DNA of 64,000 nt from Lepidodermella squamata. Taxonomy: Eukaryota > Animalia > Gastrotricha. This document shows, piece by piece, positions 39,355 to 52,787 of this stretch. The stretch's first letter is position 1. Every line of letters starts with the position of its first letter. The position numbers and the translations under genes are program-made. The stretch covers positions 2,790,001-2,854,000 of the forward strand of contig JBLDXI010000042.1 in the NCBI GenBank assembly GCA_047495785.1, in the 5' to 3' direction. The notes under the pieces were generated by a model, which did no database searches, had not been told where the DNA came from, and worked only from the letters and a program-made list of their open reading frames with translations.

Positions 39355-39910
39355 ACCATTTTTTTTTTTAATTTTATAAAAGAATAACAGTATTTAGGAA
39401 TGGATTTATAAATGGGCAAAAAGAGGATCGAGCGCAGAAGTAAGGCGACCGTACACAGCATATAAGAATGTTTATATAGGATGATGCGCGCAAGGCACGC
39501 ATACATTAGATAAGGTGATTAAAATAATAATTAGTTTTATTTAACTAAGGCCAAATTTGTAAGGACAGGCCATTCTTCCAATATAAATTTTTTGCACGCG
39601 TTAACAAAAAGATTTATCGAAGTAATGTTAGTGATAGAGGCAGGTAGAAGGTTCCATAATTTGGCAGTTCTAATAGCAAAGCTAAAGCCCCTAGGGCAAA
39701 GTGAATGTTGAGGAATTGTTAATTTGTTATTAGAATGATGTCGAGTAGTAGAGAGATTAGGTTTGAGAAAGAAAGTATCGAATTCTAGAGGATGAGACAT
39801 ATTGTTAATTATTTTGAACGCCATCGTAAGATCGCGGACTAACCATCTTTGGTTTAAGGATAGCAATTCAAACTTAGCCAGCCTCTGAATATAAAGATAA
39901 ATTAACCTCA
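39355..39910 (-). mobile_element. 5'-truncated non-LTR retrotransposon (CR1/Jockey-group-like) 3' end
   Basis: RLAKFELLSLNQRWLVRDLTMAFKIIN...FSFAIRTAKLWNLLPASI...F is a typical post-RT C-terminus; it is followed by a 3' UTR and an A-run (T-run near 39359-39369 on +). Confidence 0.75.
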
Positions 39911-40515
39911 TCCTGGTCTCATTCAGCGCACTGCCGAGGCGAGTGCGTTTAAGAAAAGCCTTTTCAGTTTTCAGTTTCAACATATGTTTCCTATTAATGC
40001 GATTATTTTTTAAAGATGAAGACAGTAAAGTGATTAAATGATAGTGGGAAGTGGGAAGCGCTCAAAAGTGTTCCTCAAGATGTTAAAGAAACGGAAAATA
40101 AATTCAGATAAATGGACTGCCAATACCAAGACCTCTCAAGATATACTGGCAAATGAACCCAACTTGAAAACACAATCCACAATCCGAAGAGATGAACTCT
40201 ATTGTGAACTGTTCTTCCGCGATTATTCACCCGCCGCGTCCAAACAAAAAAGCGATCGACACTTTATCGGCGGAAAAATGATTTTCACAATTAATAAGAA
40301 ATGAATATTTTGAAATACCAAAATTTATGATAAATACTTATGTATTATTCTATTTCCAACATTTTCATGACATTTTAATAATTTTATGTGAAATCTAAAA
40401 ATCCATACATTTATCGAACCGGCAAAAACATCTGGACAAAAACCGAATCAACCTACGCAAAAAGCACGCTTTTAGGAAGGTCTACCTTACTACCTTACCC
40501 AACTGAAGTATCCAT

Positions 40516-42100
40516 CCCACTGAAAACAGCTCCGCGAAGGATTTCAGACGAAGAATGAAGAGGTCCGAAACCTGTTCTGGCCCAACTATACAACGGCATC
40601 AAATCCCGGATGGCGCTGACGCGCCCATCCTCATACCACTCGCCATTCTGAGCGGCGATTATGCTAATCCTTTTTCGGTAGCTCGAAGTAACTGAATCCT
40701 GAACTCTTTTGAAGTGAAATTATTTAAAGACTTATATAGTACTTCAGTCCTTCAGGAAGGATTCACGAGTCATGACTCCCGCATAGCATGAAATGTCTTG
40801 GCACACAGGGATAACCGAATATCATGTTCTTGCCGAATGAGTAATTATTTTATTTATACCTATCGTGAATAGTTTTATATTCAAGGTACTTACTTAATTT
40901 AATTTTCTCAGGTTTTCTCATTCTCCAACATTTCTTCTGCTAAACAGTGAATTCGTCTCTCACGGCGAACGTCGGCAGAAAGAAAAGTCAGTGTTTCATT
41001 CAAGTTGAATCAATGTACGCTAATTGACCCTACGTTAACTAACTCTTCATTCTTCGACTGAAAGCCTTCGTGGAGCTGTTTTTATTGGAATACGTATGAT
41101 GTAGTTTTATGACTCCATAGTTCAGTCGCAAGTTTTCACCAGGTTTACTGAAGTACCGAAATATAAACTAAGCCATCAATTACCAAGGATTGGGCAAAGC
41201 TGGTTGATGATATTATTATATGAGGAGGGTGTCCGAAATCACAACTACTCCTACCATTATATTTCGAAATGCAACTAAATCAGTCCATACTTTAAACGTT
41301 TATTTATTATTTATTTATTTATTTATAAGCTTTAACGCCCAGAAGAGGGCAGCTTGACAAGAGGTAATTTGAAAGTGAAACATTTAATTGCAGGACAGTT
41401 TACAGATGAATAGGACATTGGCATTCTTAACCGTAACATTGACATTCTTAACCGTAACATTGAAATATGGAATAATCTTCACCCCAGTGTTTTCAACCTC
41501 TTTGAATCTCTCCCTGATGAATTACGAAATCAAAATTTTAAAAATAATATTTTCCGCGTGGATCTTAAATCCTATATAAAACGTAAACTGTTATTGTAAT
41601 CGGGTTAGTGTTAGTCGCCTGCCCTTTTAATCGTGAAAGTACATTCGAAATTATGATTATATTGATTTGAGAAAGTCATTACTTCTGTGCAATACGGTGC
41701 GCTTTATTCCGAAGTTGAACGATCCTCATACCACTGATAAAGATCATGGTATAGAATTTGCTTCTATTCATAGTATTTGCTTGAGTTTACTAAACTATTG
41801 TAGGAGACACCCTCTTATAATAGAATAGAGAATAGAGACTTTTGAAAACTTAGACAATTTTGAAGGTCCGACTGGCATTCCAACCTGCCGTAGAGTGCCG
41901 GGAAGAATAATTAAGTCATATTCATCATCATGGTAGAGTATTTCTCCTTGGCATTAATCGCCGCTCAGAATGGCGAGTGGTATGAGGATGGGCGCGTCAG
42001 CGCCATCCGGGATTTGATGCCGTTGTATAGTTGGGCCAGAACAGGTTTCGGACCTCTTCATTCTTCGTCTGAAATCCTTCGCGGAGCTGTTTTCAGTGGG
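40516..42100. mobile_element. Non-autonomous DNA element with ~146-bp TIRs (CCC termini, probable 2-bp TSD; CMC/CACTA-like)
   Basis: 40516-40661 is the reverse complement of 41955-42100 (CCCACTGAAAACAGCTCC...); flanked by AT/AT; a degenerate third TIR copy lies at ~41043-41110. Confidence 0.75.
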
Positions 42101-42439
42101 ATATGATGCAGTTTTCGGAAGCTCAACTTTGCTAACAATTTTTTTCCTTTAGTAGAGGCACGGGAGATTTAGAACACGGTACAAACTATCGCGGGAAAAG
42201 TCTGTCAAAAGACCTGTTGACACGATGTGAAGTAATACGTTCGACGATTCAGGAAAAGATACTGTTGACTTGCTAGTTGACGAGTTGCAATAGATTTTCT
42301 CAACTGTTCGCTTTTCGTGCTTTAACCTGAGGGTTTATTAATAAATCTGTTGACTGTTGAGTTTGGCCATTTCTTTTTGATTGATAGTTCCCCGAAAAAT
42401 ATTAAGCGTAAAAATGAAGTGTCTTCGAGGTACAGTAGA

Positions 42440-42740
42440 ACCGGTTGCGAAATTTGGGGGTGGAAATTGGACGATGGCAGCCAGGAAGAACGGCGACTGA
42501 ACGTATGTCAGATGCGGTGCCTACGTAGCATTTGCGGTGTCACTCTGAGGGACGGAATTAGGAATGATTATATTAGAGAAAATTGTGATAGCCGATAGTA
42601 GCAAGACATCAACTTAGGTGGTACGGCCATGTTGCTCGCATGGACCCCGAACGGCTAACCCACCGAGTACGGTATTGGAACGTGCCGGAGGGTTGGAAAC
42701 GGCCTACAGGCAGGCCTAAGCTAAGGTGACTCGACTTTAT
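42440..42740 (+). mobile_element. Degenerate RTE-clade LINE fragment
   Basis: GCEIW...ERRLNVCQMRCLRSICGVTLRDGIRNDYIR, then after a frameshift LRWYGHVARMDPERL...GWKRPTGRPK. Confidence 0.85.
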
Positions 42741-44427
42741 TAAGAAAATTTTGGGGCGGGTGGGAATTCAAAATTTAGAGGATGCAGGTGATCTAGCGAA
42801 GGACAGAAATGAGTGGAGGCTGAAAATTCACAGTCTGGGTGATGAATCTGATACTTCTCGTGGGATTTTGTATATTTTGTTTCATTGATGGAAAATGATT
42901 TCGGTTTGACCAGGATCGGTCCCCTAGACTGGTCCTCCTCCGACACGCGCTCTACTTGCCAGGTCACCACCGTGACCTGTCCGGCAGGGTGTGTACACCG
43001 GAGTGATTTTTATTCTCAGCACGCCTATTTTGTTGTTTTTCTACTGTTGTTTTTACTGTTCTTTTAATCTTAAAAGTGCTGACGAATAAAGAAAATGTTA
43101 TGTTATGTTATGTCGTAGCCTCAAAATATAGCCTATATCTGCGGGATTTTTCTTTATGTGATTGATGGTATGCTTCGCAAACAACAGACATGCCTATAAG
43201 TTCCGTGTAAGGCCAGCTTCCAGCTAACATGTATGACGTGTAAGATGTTCGAAGAAGATCGAAAGTGAGATGTACGTTGCGCGGTCAGCTATATAACACT
43301 GAAATCTCCTTCGGTTCACCTCGATCAACGTTGAAATTGCGTAATTCAGCAAATAACAGATATCATGATCGTTATAGGTCCAAGCAACACGAGACGTGTG
43401 GCGAATGTCTTGACCAGTCACAAAAAGGGGAATGAGGGTACTTCCATCCAATGTTCAAGTTCGAATGTATATTGAAGTTGGCTAGTATCAACTTGAAAAA
43501 TCGTTTTTGCCTCAAATTCGTGTTCCATACGGCCAACGAGCCATCAAATATTTGAACATAACGCTGGAATTTTGCTGGAACACCAAATCCACGGTGGCAA
43601 GCGCGGCTAAGTAAACACACGACTCCGTTTCGCTCGGTTCTCCCTCGGCCCTCGGGTCTAAATCTCCCGCGGGTCCCCCTAAAAATAAATACCGCCAAAA
43701 TCATTTTTATAATTTATGGAATTTTTTAAATTTAACAATTTTAATATTTAAACAATTAATTTTTTCAAATAAATGTGAAAATCGACTCCTCACCGATCAG
43801 CTCTGAGCGCTTTAAGAGAGCGAAATACAAAACGGCAGGGGGGGTACCTTCATTTTTAGAAAACCATGGAAAAGTGTCCTTTGCGCCGTAGCCCAAAAGT
43901 ACAAGTTACCTGTGGAATTTCCTCAAATAAATTATACCATTAGATAGCTGAGATCATTAGCTAGCTGATGGTATAATATTTTTCCGATATATCTCATTCT
44001 AAGGTCATGGTCCTCGAGCCCAAAGTTGGGTAATTTTCGGCCAAAAAATTTCTACCTGGCCCAAGTGTATATATAGGGGGCAAACGGTGTGCCTCTTTTC
44101 TTTCATCCTGGGCTATGTCCCTTTCGCCGCTGTCCTTTCCAGACCCTCTTCATTCTTCGGAGGGCACTACCGTGCCCCCACAATCATCCTTAGAGGTTTT
44201 ATCAGGCGAAGATTTTAGAATTTAATTTACAACACGTCTGCCGTATGTTCCTAATGATCACTGCGTGACTCTCCGCTGATAAACGCCTTATAGGTTCAAA
44301 GTTGGAAAATGCATGTGCTTTATTGGAATGCATTTTTTCTTAACCTTTGCCTTCCTCCTTTATTTTTAGTGCTTAATGTTTTCTTTGACTCGAGGTTGCC
44401 ACCTGTGATTTCTGCTACCCGGAAAGA

Positions 44428-45083
44428 ATGACTTCAGAAAACTACACAATCAAATGCGTTGTTGTAGGGGATGGCGCCGTGGGCAAAACATGTCTCTTGA
44501 TATCATACACGACGAATAAGTTCCCATCCGAATATGTGCCGACCGTGTTTGATAATTATGCGGTGACTGTGATGGTGGGAGGGCATCCCTATAGTCTCGG
44601 TCTATTCGACACTGCGGGTCAAGAGGACTATGATCGATTGAGGCCGCTAAGCTATCCTGGAACTGATGTCTTTTTAGTTTGCTTTAGCGTCGTCCATCCT
44701 GCATCGTATGAAAACGTCCGAGAAAAAGTAACCCATAATGACCAATATTAATAGCTTATTCGTGATTATTAATCTCTTGATTCCAGTGGATCGCTGAAAT
44801 TCAAATGCACTGTCGGAATGTCCCGTTCCTTATTGTTGGTACTCAAGTAGATCTGCGCGATGACCCTACCACACTCGACAAATTGTCACGCCAAAAGCAG
44901 CGCCCTATAACTCCGGATATGGGCGAGAGATTGGCCAAAGAATTCAAGGCAGTAAAATATGTGGAATGTTCGGCGTTAACTCAGAAAGGTTTAAAAAACG
45001 TTTTTGACGAAGCCATCATAGCTGCACTCGCCCCCAAGAAGCCGGCTACTACTGAGAAGAAGAGCTCTTGCAGGTGTTTTTGA
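44428..45083 (+). CDS. CDC42: Cdc42 GTPase, 2 exons (44428-44727, 44787-45083)
   Basis: [82 protein letters not shown]-terminal CRCF. Confidence 0.95.
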
Positions 45084-45411
45084 GGCTTATATTTTCGCCA
45101 AAAATTGTTACTGCGGCTGATGCGGCCTGCTCTATTTCTACTTCAAAGCTGGCTATTTGCTATATTTTCCTTTTTGCTAGTCTTTACGGCATTTTTGTGC
45201 CAAAGTCTGCTGTTTTCATTCCAGAACAACGATTGATTTCGCATGAATGCTTGCGACTTATAATTGGTGCTAATATTTCCAGACTGTCTATTTTATCCAA
45301 ATCAAACAAATTTTCGCAACTGCTGATTTTTGCTAGCTTTCATTTATACAAATAAACTTAATTTATACCTACCTGGCACGCTTCCTAGAGATGTTAATCA
45401 ATCGTTAATTG

Positions 45412-46103
45412 ATGGCAAATGTGATCAAGTGCGTCGTTATCGGAGACGGTGCTGTCGGAAAAACGTGTATGCTCATTTCTTACACAACAAACCGGTTTCC
45501 TTCCGAGTATGTTCCGACCGTCTTCGATAATTACTCTGCTCAAATTTCAATCGACAACGAATTGTACACATTTGGTATTTTGTGAAATATACCATGGCAT
45601 TCAACTTTTTGACAATTGTGTGATTTTCAGCCCTATACGATACTGCCGGTCAAGAAGAGTTTTCGGACCTACGAAAACTAGGATACAAAGAGACCGATGT
45701 GTTTCTAGTCTGTTTTAGTGTTATGAACAAAGACTCATTTACAAATGTTAAAGCTAGGGTAAGGAATTGTGCATTTTATTTTCAATTCGCGAAAAATTTG
45801 AAAATTTCTGTCCAGTGGCTTCCTGAATTGAGGCGTCACTGCCCTGATACGCCATTCATCGTCGTGGGTACTCAAATCGATTTGAGGACAAACGCTGCAG
45901 AAATCGCGAGAATCGCTCAAAAGAAATGGCAGCCGATCCAGGCGGAAGCCGGAATAGCTCTTGCTAAAGATATTAAGGCCGTTCGTTACGTGGAATGCTC
46001 AGCGAAAACGCAAATGGGACTGAAAAGCGTATTTGACGAGGCAATCAAAGTTGCGTTATCAAAGTCGAAAAAATCTAAAAAGCGCAAATGTTTGGTGCAG
46101 TGA
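45412..46103 (+). CDS. Divergent Cdc42-like tandem paralog, 3 exons
   Basis: [41 protein letters not shown]...|[30 protein letters not shown]...|[10 protein letters not shown]...GTQIDLR...YVECSAKTQ...KKRKCLVQ. Confidence 0.9.
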
Positions 46104-48099
46104 ACTTCACATAGGCAAGCTATGAAAATTGAGGAACTACCTTAAATTGCTCCATGACCACCGTTATTTTAATTTGATACCATCAAGCTTTACCCGTTGT
46201 GCTTGACACGATTTTATCTGCTATCAAAAACTATGCACACCAGCGGACCATCAGATTTGATTGTTGCTTTTTTTGTCTGAAAAATTACCGTTTGTTTTAA
46301 TTTTAAACTTTGAGGTGGACAATTTTTTTACCTGGCATGAGTATATTTTGAATACGGAATAAAAAGGAAATTCATATGGGTATCTTCACGCTTAACGTCA
46401 TTTTATAATATTTTTCAATGCCATTTTTAGATCTTTTTACTATTGATATTTGCGTGTGCCGTAATTGAATTACGTCGTGCTGTTGGCAGCTGATAACATC
46501 TGCTGTTTTCACAAGCGTATTTCGGTCGCTTATCTGATGTAAGTGTCCACCCCGCTTTATTGTTCAATAATGCCACGTGGGAGCGACCCAATATCTCTAT
46601 CTAGCCGTGGTGTAACGCCTTGCTTGATTGTCGCATAGGTGGTGGTACAAGTGCGTTATATATACGTCCAGCTAGCTGTGCCGAGGCCAAAGTGTTGCCT
46701 TAGAATAGCGAGCACATCATTATCATGTTTGCTTAAGCACTAGCTCTGAAAAACATGCACACGAGGCCAACACTTTGGCTAATAGTGAGTGTGTTCGTGC
46801 TATTCAACCTAGTATCAAGGTAGCTAATTTTCTAACTATTTGTAGTTTTTTCCTCTACTCGAAGCGTGTTTTTGCATTTCTAGAATATGCAACTATCCTA
46901 TAGGTGACTCATTCCAAGGGTCAAATTCTTCATCGTCCACAATTTACGATTATTCATGCAAATTCGAAATTAGCATACGCGGAGTAGGTGAGTTTGCCAA
47001 ATTCTACGAAATTTAAGAGCCACTAGTTGTTAGGCTGTGAGTCGATCGAGATGAATCAACCCCATTGCAATGCGCTCAGATTTGCGGGAAAAGAACTGCG
47101 TAAGTGATCGGTGAAATGCCGGATACTTGGACAATAATCTCACGTCCCACCCACGACTTCAGATCTACACCTAGGGGATTACTACGAGGTGGAAGGACTC
47201 GAAACGTGAAAGCCCTTGCATTTTTATTCGCAGAAAAATCCATTCTGAAAATAAAATTTAGATTTTTGGCAAAGTTTAATTGGCTTCTCGAGTACCCAGA
47301 AAAATTGAGAAAACGCCGAGAATTTATTTTGTTTAGCTCTTCAGAAAAAGAAATGCAAGCACTTACCCTAATTTTGTAACGTAACGCGTTAAGACTTCAT
47401 AGAATTTCAAGAAATGAGGCTTTTTTTACCGAACGAGCAAGAGTAAGCTCCACAAAAAATATAAAATGAAAATAGGGGCTAGCTTTTATCGAACCCCATT
47501 GAACCAATATGCTAGATGTTGACATTTAGCGTCGATTTAAGAATTATTTTGAGATTTGAGAACAATAAATTGATGGGAAATGAAGAACTTCGTGGCGAAT
47601 TGCACTTCTTTTAATTTACTTCATATTTGTCTAGCCTAAAGAGATGAGGAAAAAATTTAAGGGTTATTACATACATTTTTCGACCCAGACTTGATTATAG
47701 GGCTAGAGCTGTCGTTAGGTCAGATTATTTGGATATTCATGTAGGAATTGTAGCTATTAAGAATCCGTCGATCGAAATCCGTATCTCAATCATTTGTTGA
47801 CATTATCACCTGATTTTTCACGGTCATAAGTGGTTCAGCGGCCGGCTTTCGTTTTAGAGCAGAAAATTCTGATGATGATGAATATAAATATTTGCGGAGC
47901 TCTTTTCTGCTATGGAACTTACCTCATCTGGGCTGTTGCGAAATTGCGACGTAACCAACAATGTACGGCATTCAGTTGTTGCGTCTTAATTTTCTGTGAA
48001 CCAGTTATAAGCTTGAGAAATTTCCCTTTTATAGAAATTTTTCATTTGTTATTGTTTTTATTCTCTAGATTTATTATTTTTTCCTAATAAATCGATAAA

Positions 48100-49978
48100 A
48101 TGGACCATCACGCTGGCCATAACATGGCCCAGATGTCGATGACGTCAACAGACGCGACTACAAAAATGGACCACTCTAAACACATGTCGATGATGGCCTC
48201 GACTTCAAACTCGGCCGCCAGCAGTAAGCCCATGTCAGCCCATGATATGATGTCTATGCCTATGACGTTCAACGCCGATTTCTCCGGCTTCAAGGTGCTT
48301 TTCCATGTTTGGACCGTTGACGATCCTTGGCGTAAGTCTTCGATGAATTCAACTTGAGGTTCAATGATTTTGTTCTTTCTCCAGAATTCGTCGTCACTGT
48401 TATTGCCTGTTTTGTTATCGCTTTTATGTACGAATTACTGCGAATTTACCGGCATAATCACTTTATTCGCGACTGCAAATCTCGGAAACGTTTCATGTGC
48501 TTCGGCGGTGCTGCGTCCTTGCCGAACTCGCCCCGTCCTACTGTAACACAACAGTCACCAGGTTGGTTTTTCTACTATTTTTGACTTCGCTATTTTTCTA
48601 ATTCGTCTGAAAAACAATGAATACTACCTGGATTGCGAATTTCAGTCAGAAAATTGTATTTATTTGCCATTTGGGAAATTGTAATCGAATGAAATCGAAT
48701 TCAAACACTTAAAGGGTTTAAGTAGTCTATAATGACATGCTGTGTCATGGCTCATGGTCAACTCCGAAGCTGTTTTGCAAGAATGAAAAAATCGGGATTG
48801 GTCCGACCGGTCAAAATACGATTTAGTGTAAGTTCGTCCGGAAAATTCATATCGTGGTCATTTCGCTCTAAATTTTTTAAGCGAATTAATCTAATTTTTG
48901 GAAATTGAGCTCGATTGAGAGAACCTTCAATCCTTTATCCACGATTTTGCCGAAGAAATTAACAATTTACCGGAGAAAACCCTGAATAGCTCGATGGTAA
49001 CTTTTTCGGTAATTTTCGGTTTTTACCTGGTTGGATCAGATTTCTTCGGATTTTTTTAATCCCATTCACAAGAGCCATAATTCATTGCTATTCTTATGAC
49101 ATTCAATATTATATTACGATTTTTCTGACCATGATATATGACTTCATTTTAGAGTTTCTGATCCCTTTTCCTGGCATTTCCTTTGCTTTTGTTACTTATG
49201 AGACACGCTGTAAAGAAAACTTAATAATTCGTTATTTACCAAAATAAATTTCCTGCTTCAGAATAGATCAAAACTGACATTTGTCTCTTTTTGGGTTTCC
49301 AAAATCCTCCTCAATGCGCGAAAGAAGCCTTGATTAACCTGTTCTGGTGGCAAACAACCTATGAATTGATGCTCGATCCTGTTATCCGAAACTCCTGATG
49401 TTACTACATGAAAATCAACCCCAAGCATTAGGTACCTTATTCCAAATGGCTTCATTTTTGGATTGAAGTTAAGGCGCTATTTGCGCTTATTTCAGTAGAA
49501 ACTGAAAGTTTTGTTACGTCTCTCGAATTTTTAATAAATCTGATTTTTCCTTAATTTTGCAGAACCTAAATCAAGCTGTTGCCAAGAAGAGGTGGCCGTA
49601 GTGCCGGAAAAGCCAGTCGGCAGCTGTTGCCAATCGGCGAACGGTCTGAATGGCTCACACGCGAACGACCGAACCGCCGCCGAGTCGACCGTAGTATTGC
49701 TGAACAACTCGGCCACGCCTAACAAAACCGGTACAACAACTGCAACAGCGCGTCGCTCGTGTGCGAGCACGCGACCGGCGTCGATGTTGAGCCGGGTGCA
49801 TTTGATTCAAACGATTCTCCACGTTATATTGACAGCCCTCGGCTTTCTCATTATGCTGGCTGTTATGACGTTCAACGTCTGGGTGTTCGTGTCTATCTGT
49901 CTGGGCGTGGCGACCGGCTATTTTATCGCCGGGCACCTGCTCGAGTCGCCGGTTGACGCCAATTCTTGCTGTTTATAA
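48100..49978 (+). CDS. CTR1: High-affinity copper transporter CTR1 (SLC31), 3 coding exons
   Basis: His/Met-rich N-terminus MDHHAGHNMAQMSM, MPMTF...VLFHVWTV, TM1 IAFMYELLR, TM2 MLAVM (MxxxM) TFN, TM3 GVATG, C-terminal CCL. Confidence 0.92.
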
Positions 49979-52787
49979 TACAAAAAAATGTGAGAATAAA
50001 TAGTAATAAATAAATTATGTGCCAACATTTTTTCCGAATTTTCGGCGATAATTTCGTGTTAGGGCGGATTTTACCTCAAAATTGATGCAATAATAATTTG
50101 AAATTCTCGGCGAAAATTGTTGAATCTATGTTGACGCATGTTAAACTGTCAATCACTCTTGTTTTCTATGTTCGAATAATATGTGAAAAGTATTCTTATT
50201 TCGTAAAAAAAATACAATAACGGGCGATGATGATGATACGAACCGCCTGAAATGATGCCAAAAATGTTCGGCAATTTTTTTTGTGTCGATTTCAAACAAG
50301 TGAGGAGGTGCTGTTTGTAAAAAAGTGTCTGGTACTAGATGTCTCAGCTACCTTGAAATATAACTACGAATAATACTAACCGTTGTTCTCATTTGATGAG
50401 TTGTCGATTTAATATGGGCACTCTAAACCACCTTATATCAAGTTCTTTCACGCATTTACACCAAAAAACAATGTAATAGTTACTGTTGATTTTTTTCGAA
50501 GTATATGAATTCGTATTAAATTTATGAAAACATTCGATAAGATACAAAAAAACACTGCTGATTGTTTTCCTTTAGTTTTTTCGAATTAATTAATTAATGC
50601 GGTTGGCAGACTGAAAGTCTTGCAGATCTGTGTATTTTTCGCTTCTTCCGAGGTCTGATTTTTGTGTTAATTTCAGACCTGATACTTGGAAATATATAAA
50701 TTATAATCGGCTGAATTGTTGTTACAGACGTATCTTTTTTGCGGATTTTTTTCTGTGAATTCGATATGAGTGATCATTTTATTCCCTCGCTTATTGAACT
50801 TTGCTAATATTGGTATTTTGTAAAAATGAACAGAAAATTACCTAGTTAATTAATTACTTATAGTCCTCAGATATTGATAGTATACGCCTTTGATAAACGT
50901 TAACGATGTTGTGATGATGAAAGAAAATCATGTAATTAAATTGATAATTGGTGTTCTCTCCTTATTTCCTATACTCGATTTGCAAAGGATGATGTACGTG
51001 TGAATCATCTTGATAACAATATTACACCTAAAATGCTTAAATAAATGCATAATATTTGGATAAAAACCTGAGTTTTTCGGTGGAAGCCAGGAGGCATAAT
51101 AAAAAATCTGAAGGAATTTTATGTCCGTCTCGGCACGTGCTGCAGGGCAATTTTCTTCACAGAGTGCCATAAAAGCGAGCAGCGGAAAAAATGCCGGCAC
51201 TTGCCGAGTTCAAGCTAGCGGATATGCGGTTAAACGCCAAATAAAACCACTCGAGTTCTCGCCCTATGAAGTGCGGCAGAAATAACCTTGTTTTATTTGA
51301 TTAGTTACCAGCAATAAATCACGCTAAGGTGGGTGTTTACAAAAAACGTAGCTAATATGGCGCGGGTGGTATAAAAACACTGTATATTTATTACCTTGCG
51401 TTTTTTTTTGTTTTCTCACATTTTTCATAACAAATATAACAATCAGTAGAATCGCCCATTTGTTGTTGATTAGATACTGGCGGCGGTTTCTGATGCGTTT
51501 GCGTGACGTTACCTCCTTAACGCTACTAAGGAAGAGGTGTGGCAATAAAATGCGCGTGTTTCGTCTCAAGTGCGCACGTCGTCGCGTGTCAAGAAGCGAT
51601 GCGCGCGCGCTCTCGCTCAAAGTCAGTGCGGCGCGGTCTTTGATCGCTGATTAGAGCCAGCTGAAAGATGAAACAGGCAACGCCTTGGAAACGTGTCGAA
51701 CTCGACGTTTTACTGCGCGCCGCGACCACTCATAAAACACCGCCGCTATAGTTCTGCTAAATTAATTTAAAACGCGCGCATGTCTACGGCAACATCTGCG
51801 GCGGGCATACAGGTTCCAAAACGTTCCCATAGCCGAGCCGTCGCATCATGCTAATAGCCTGAAATCCATCTTTTAACTCGGCAACTTTTCTTCCGCAACG
51901 CGCGCGCACTTTCGCGGCCATAAAATATGGCTTTCCATTAAGGTGGACGTTTTAGTAATTTCAACTTTTGCCTCGCGCGCGCATCCATTAAACTTTCACG
52001 CTGTTTTATTTCAACTACGGTCGTTTGCGCGTGTAATACACCGTGTAATTGATATGGCCGGTCTCGGTTATGCTGTTTTACTTTGTAAATACAAGTTTAT
52101 TCCGGAACCCCGGTTTGTTGGTATTGTTGTTACTATTATTACATAAATTCATTAATAGACGTAGAACCAATGAGAGAGCGCGCGTTTTGTCGGCGGCAAA
52201 AGGTGTTTCTTCGAATATTTTAGCGTGCCGCCATGGGCAACAAATGCCGGCGCTTGTCCTTGGCCAGACGTTTTGACAAAAACGCGCCTTAATGACTGGC
52301 TCAACGCGGCACGAGACGATCGCGCCAAGGTGTCAATTGCGTGCGCTCGTGCGCGCTCACATTCTTGCTTTATTACTTCTTCATTTTGTACATATTAGGG
52401 ACCAAAATCGGTCGCAGTATCGTTTAACTGCAATTTGGCTTGTGTACGCTATTGGTACCAGTGTGTGTGTTTTCATCGCCAGATGTCGCAAAATAGCAAT
52501 ATAATGTCGACAGCGTGCGGTCTCGCGACCTTTCGCGACTAGGTGCGAGCGAGGCCCGACTCACTGTCTCGCTTTTTGCCTCGCTCATCTTAGTAACCCG
52601 TAAACGTAATCCGCACCTCCGACGTTAAGCTCTCACTAGGTACTCACGAATCCTGTCTTGTTTACCTAATTAACCTACCCACACCTAGACGGCCAATTCT
52701 TAAATACCCGATAATTTGTTATTTCTCATCCAAAAGCAGTGATTTTAAACGCAAGATTTAATACCGATTTTTAACACATCAACTGAT

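Noticed and set aside
40550-40580. Possible minimal hammerhead ribozyme (aTGAAGAggtccGAAAcctgtt)
   Set aside because: The core lacks the C of CUGANGA and I cannot build convincing helices I and III; the sequence is better explained as part of a DNA-element TIR.
41815-41840. ATAGAGAATAGAG match to the foldback TIR
   Set aside because: Only ~13 bp of low-complexity match, with no partner end or TSD.
43900-44060. Imperfect palindrome (ATACCATTAG...CTGATGGTAT) suggesting a MITE interior
   Set aside because: Could not define termini or a TSD.
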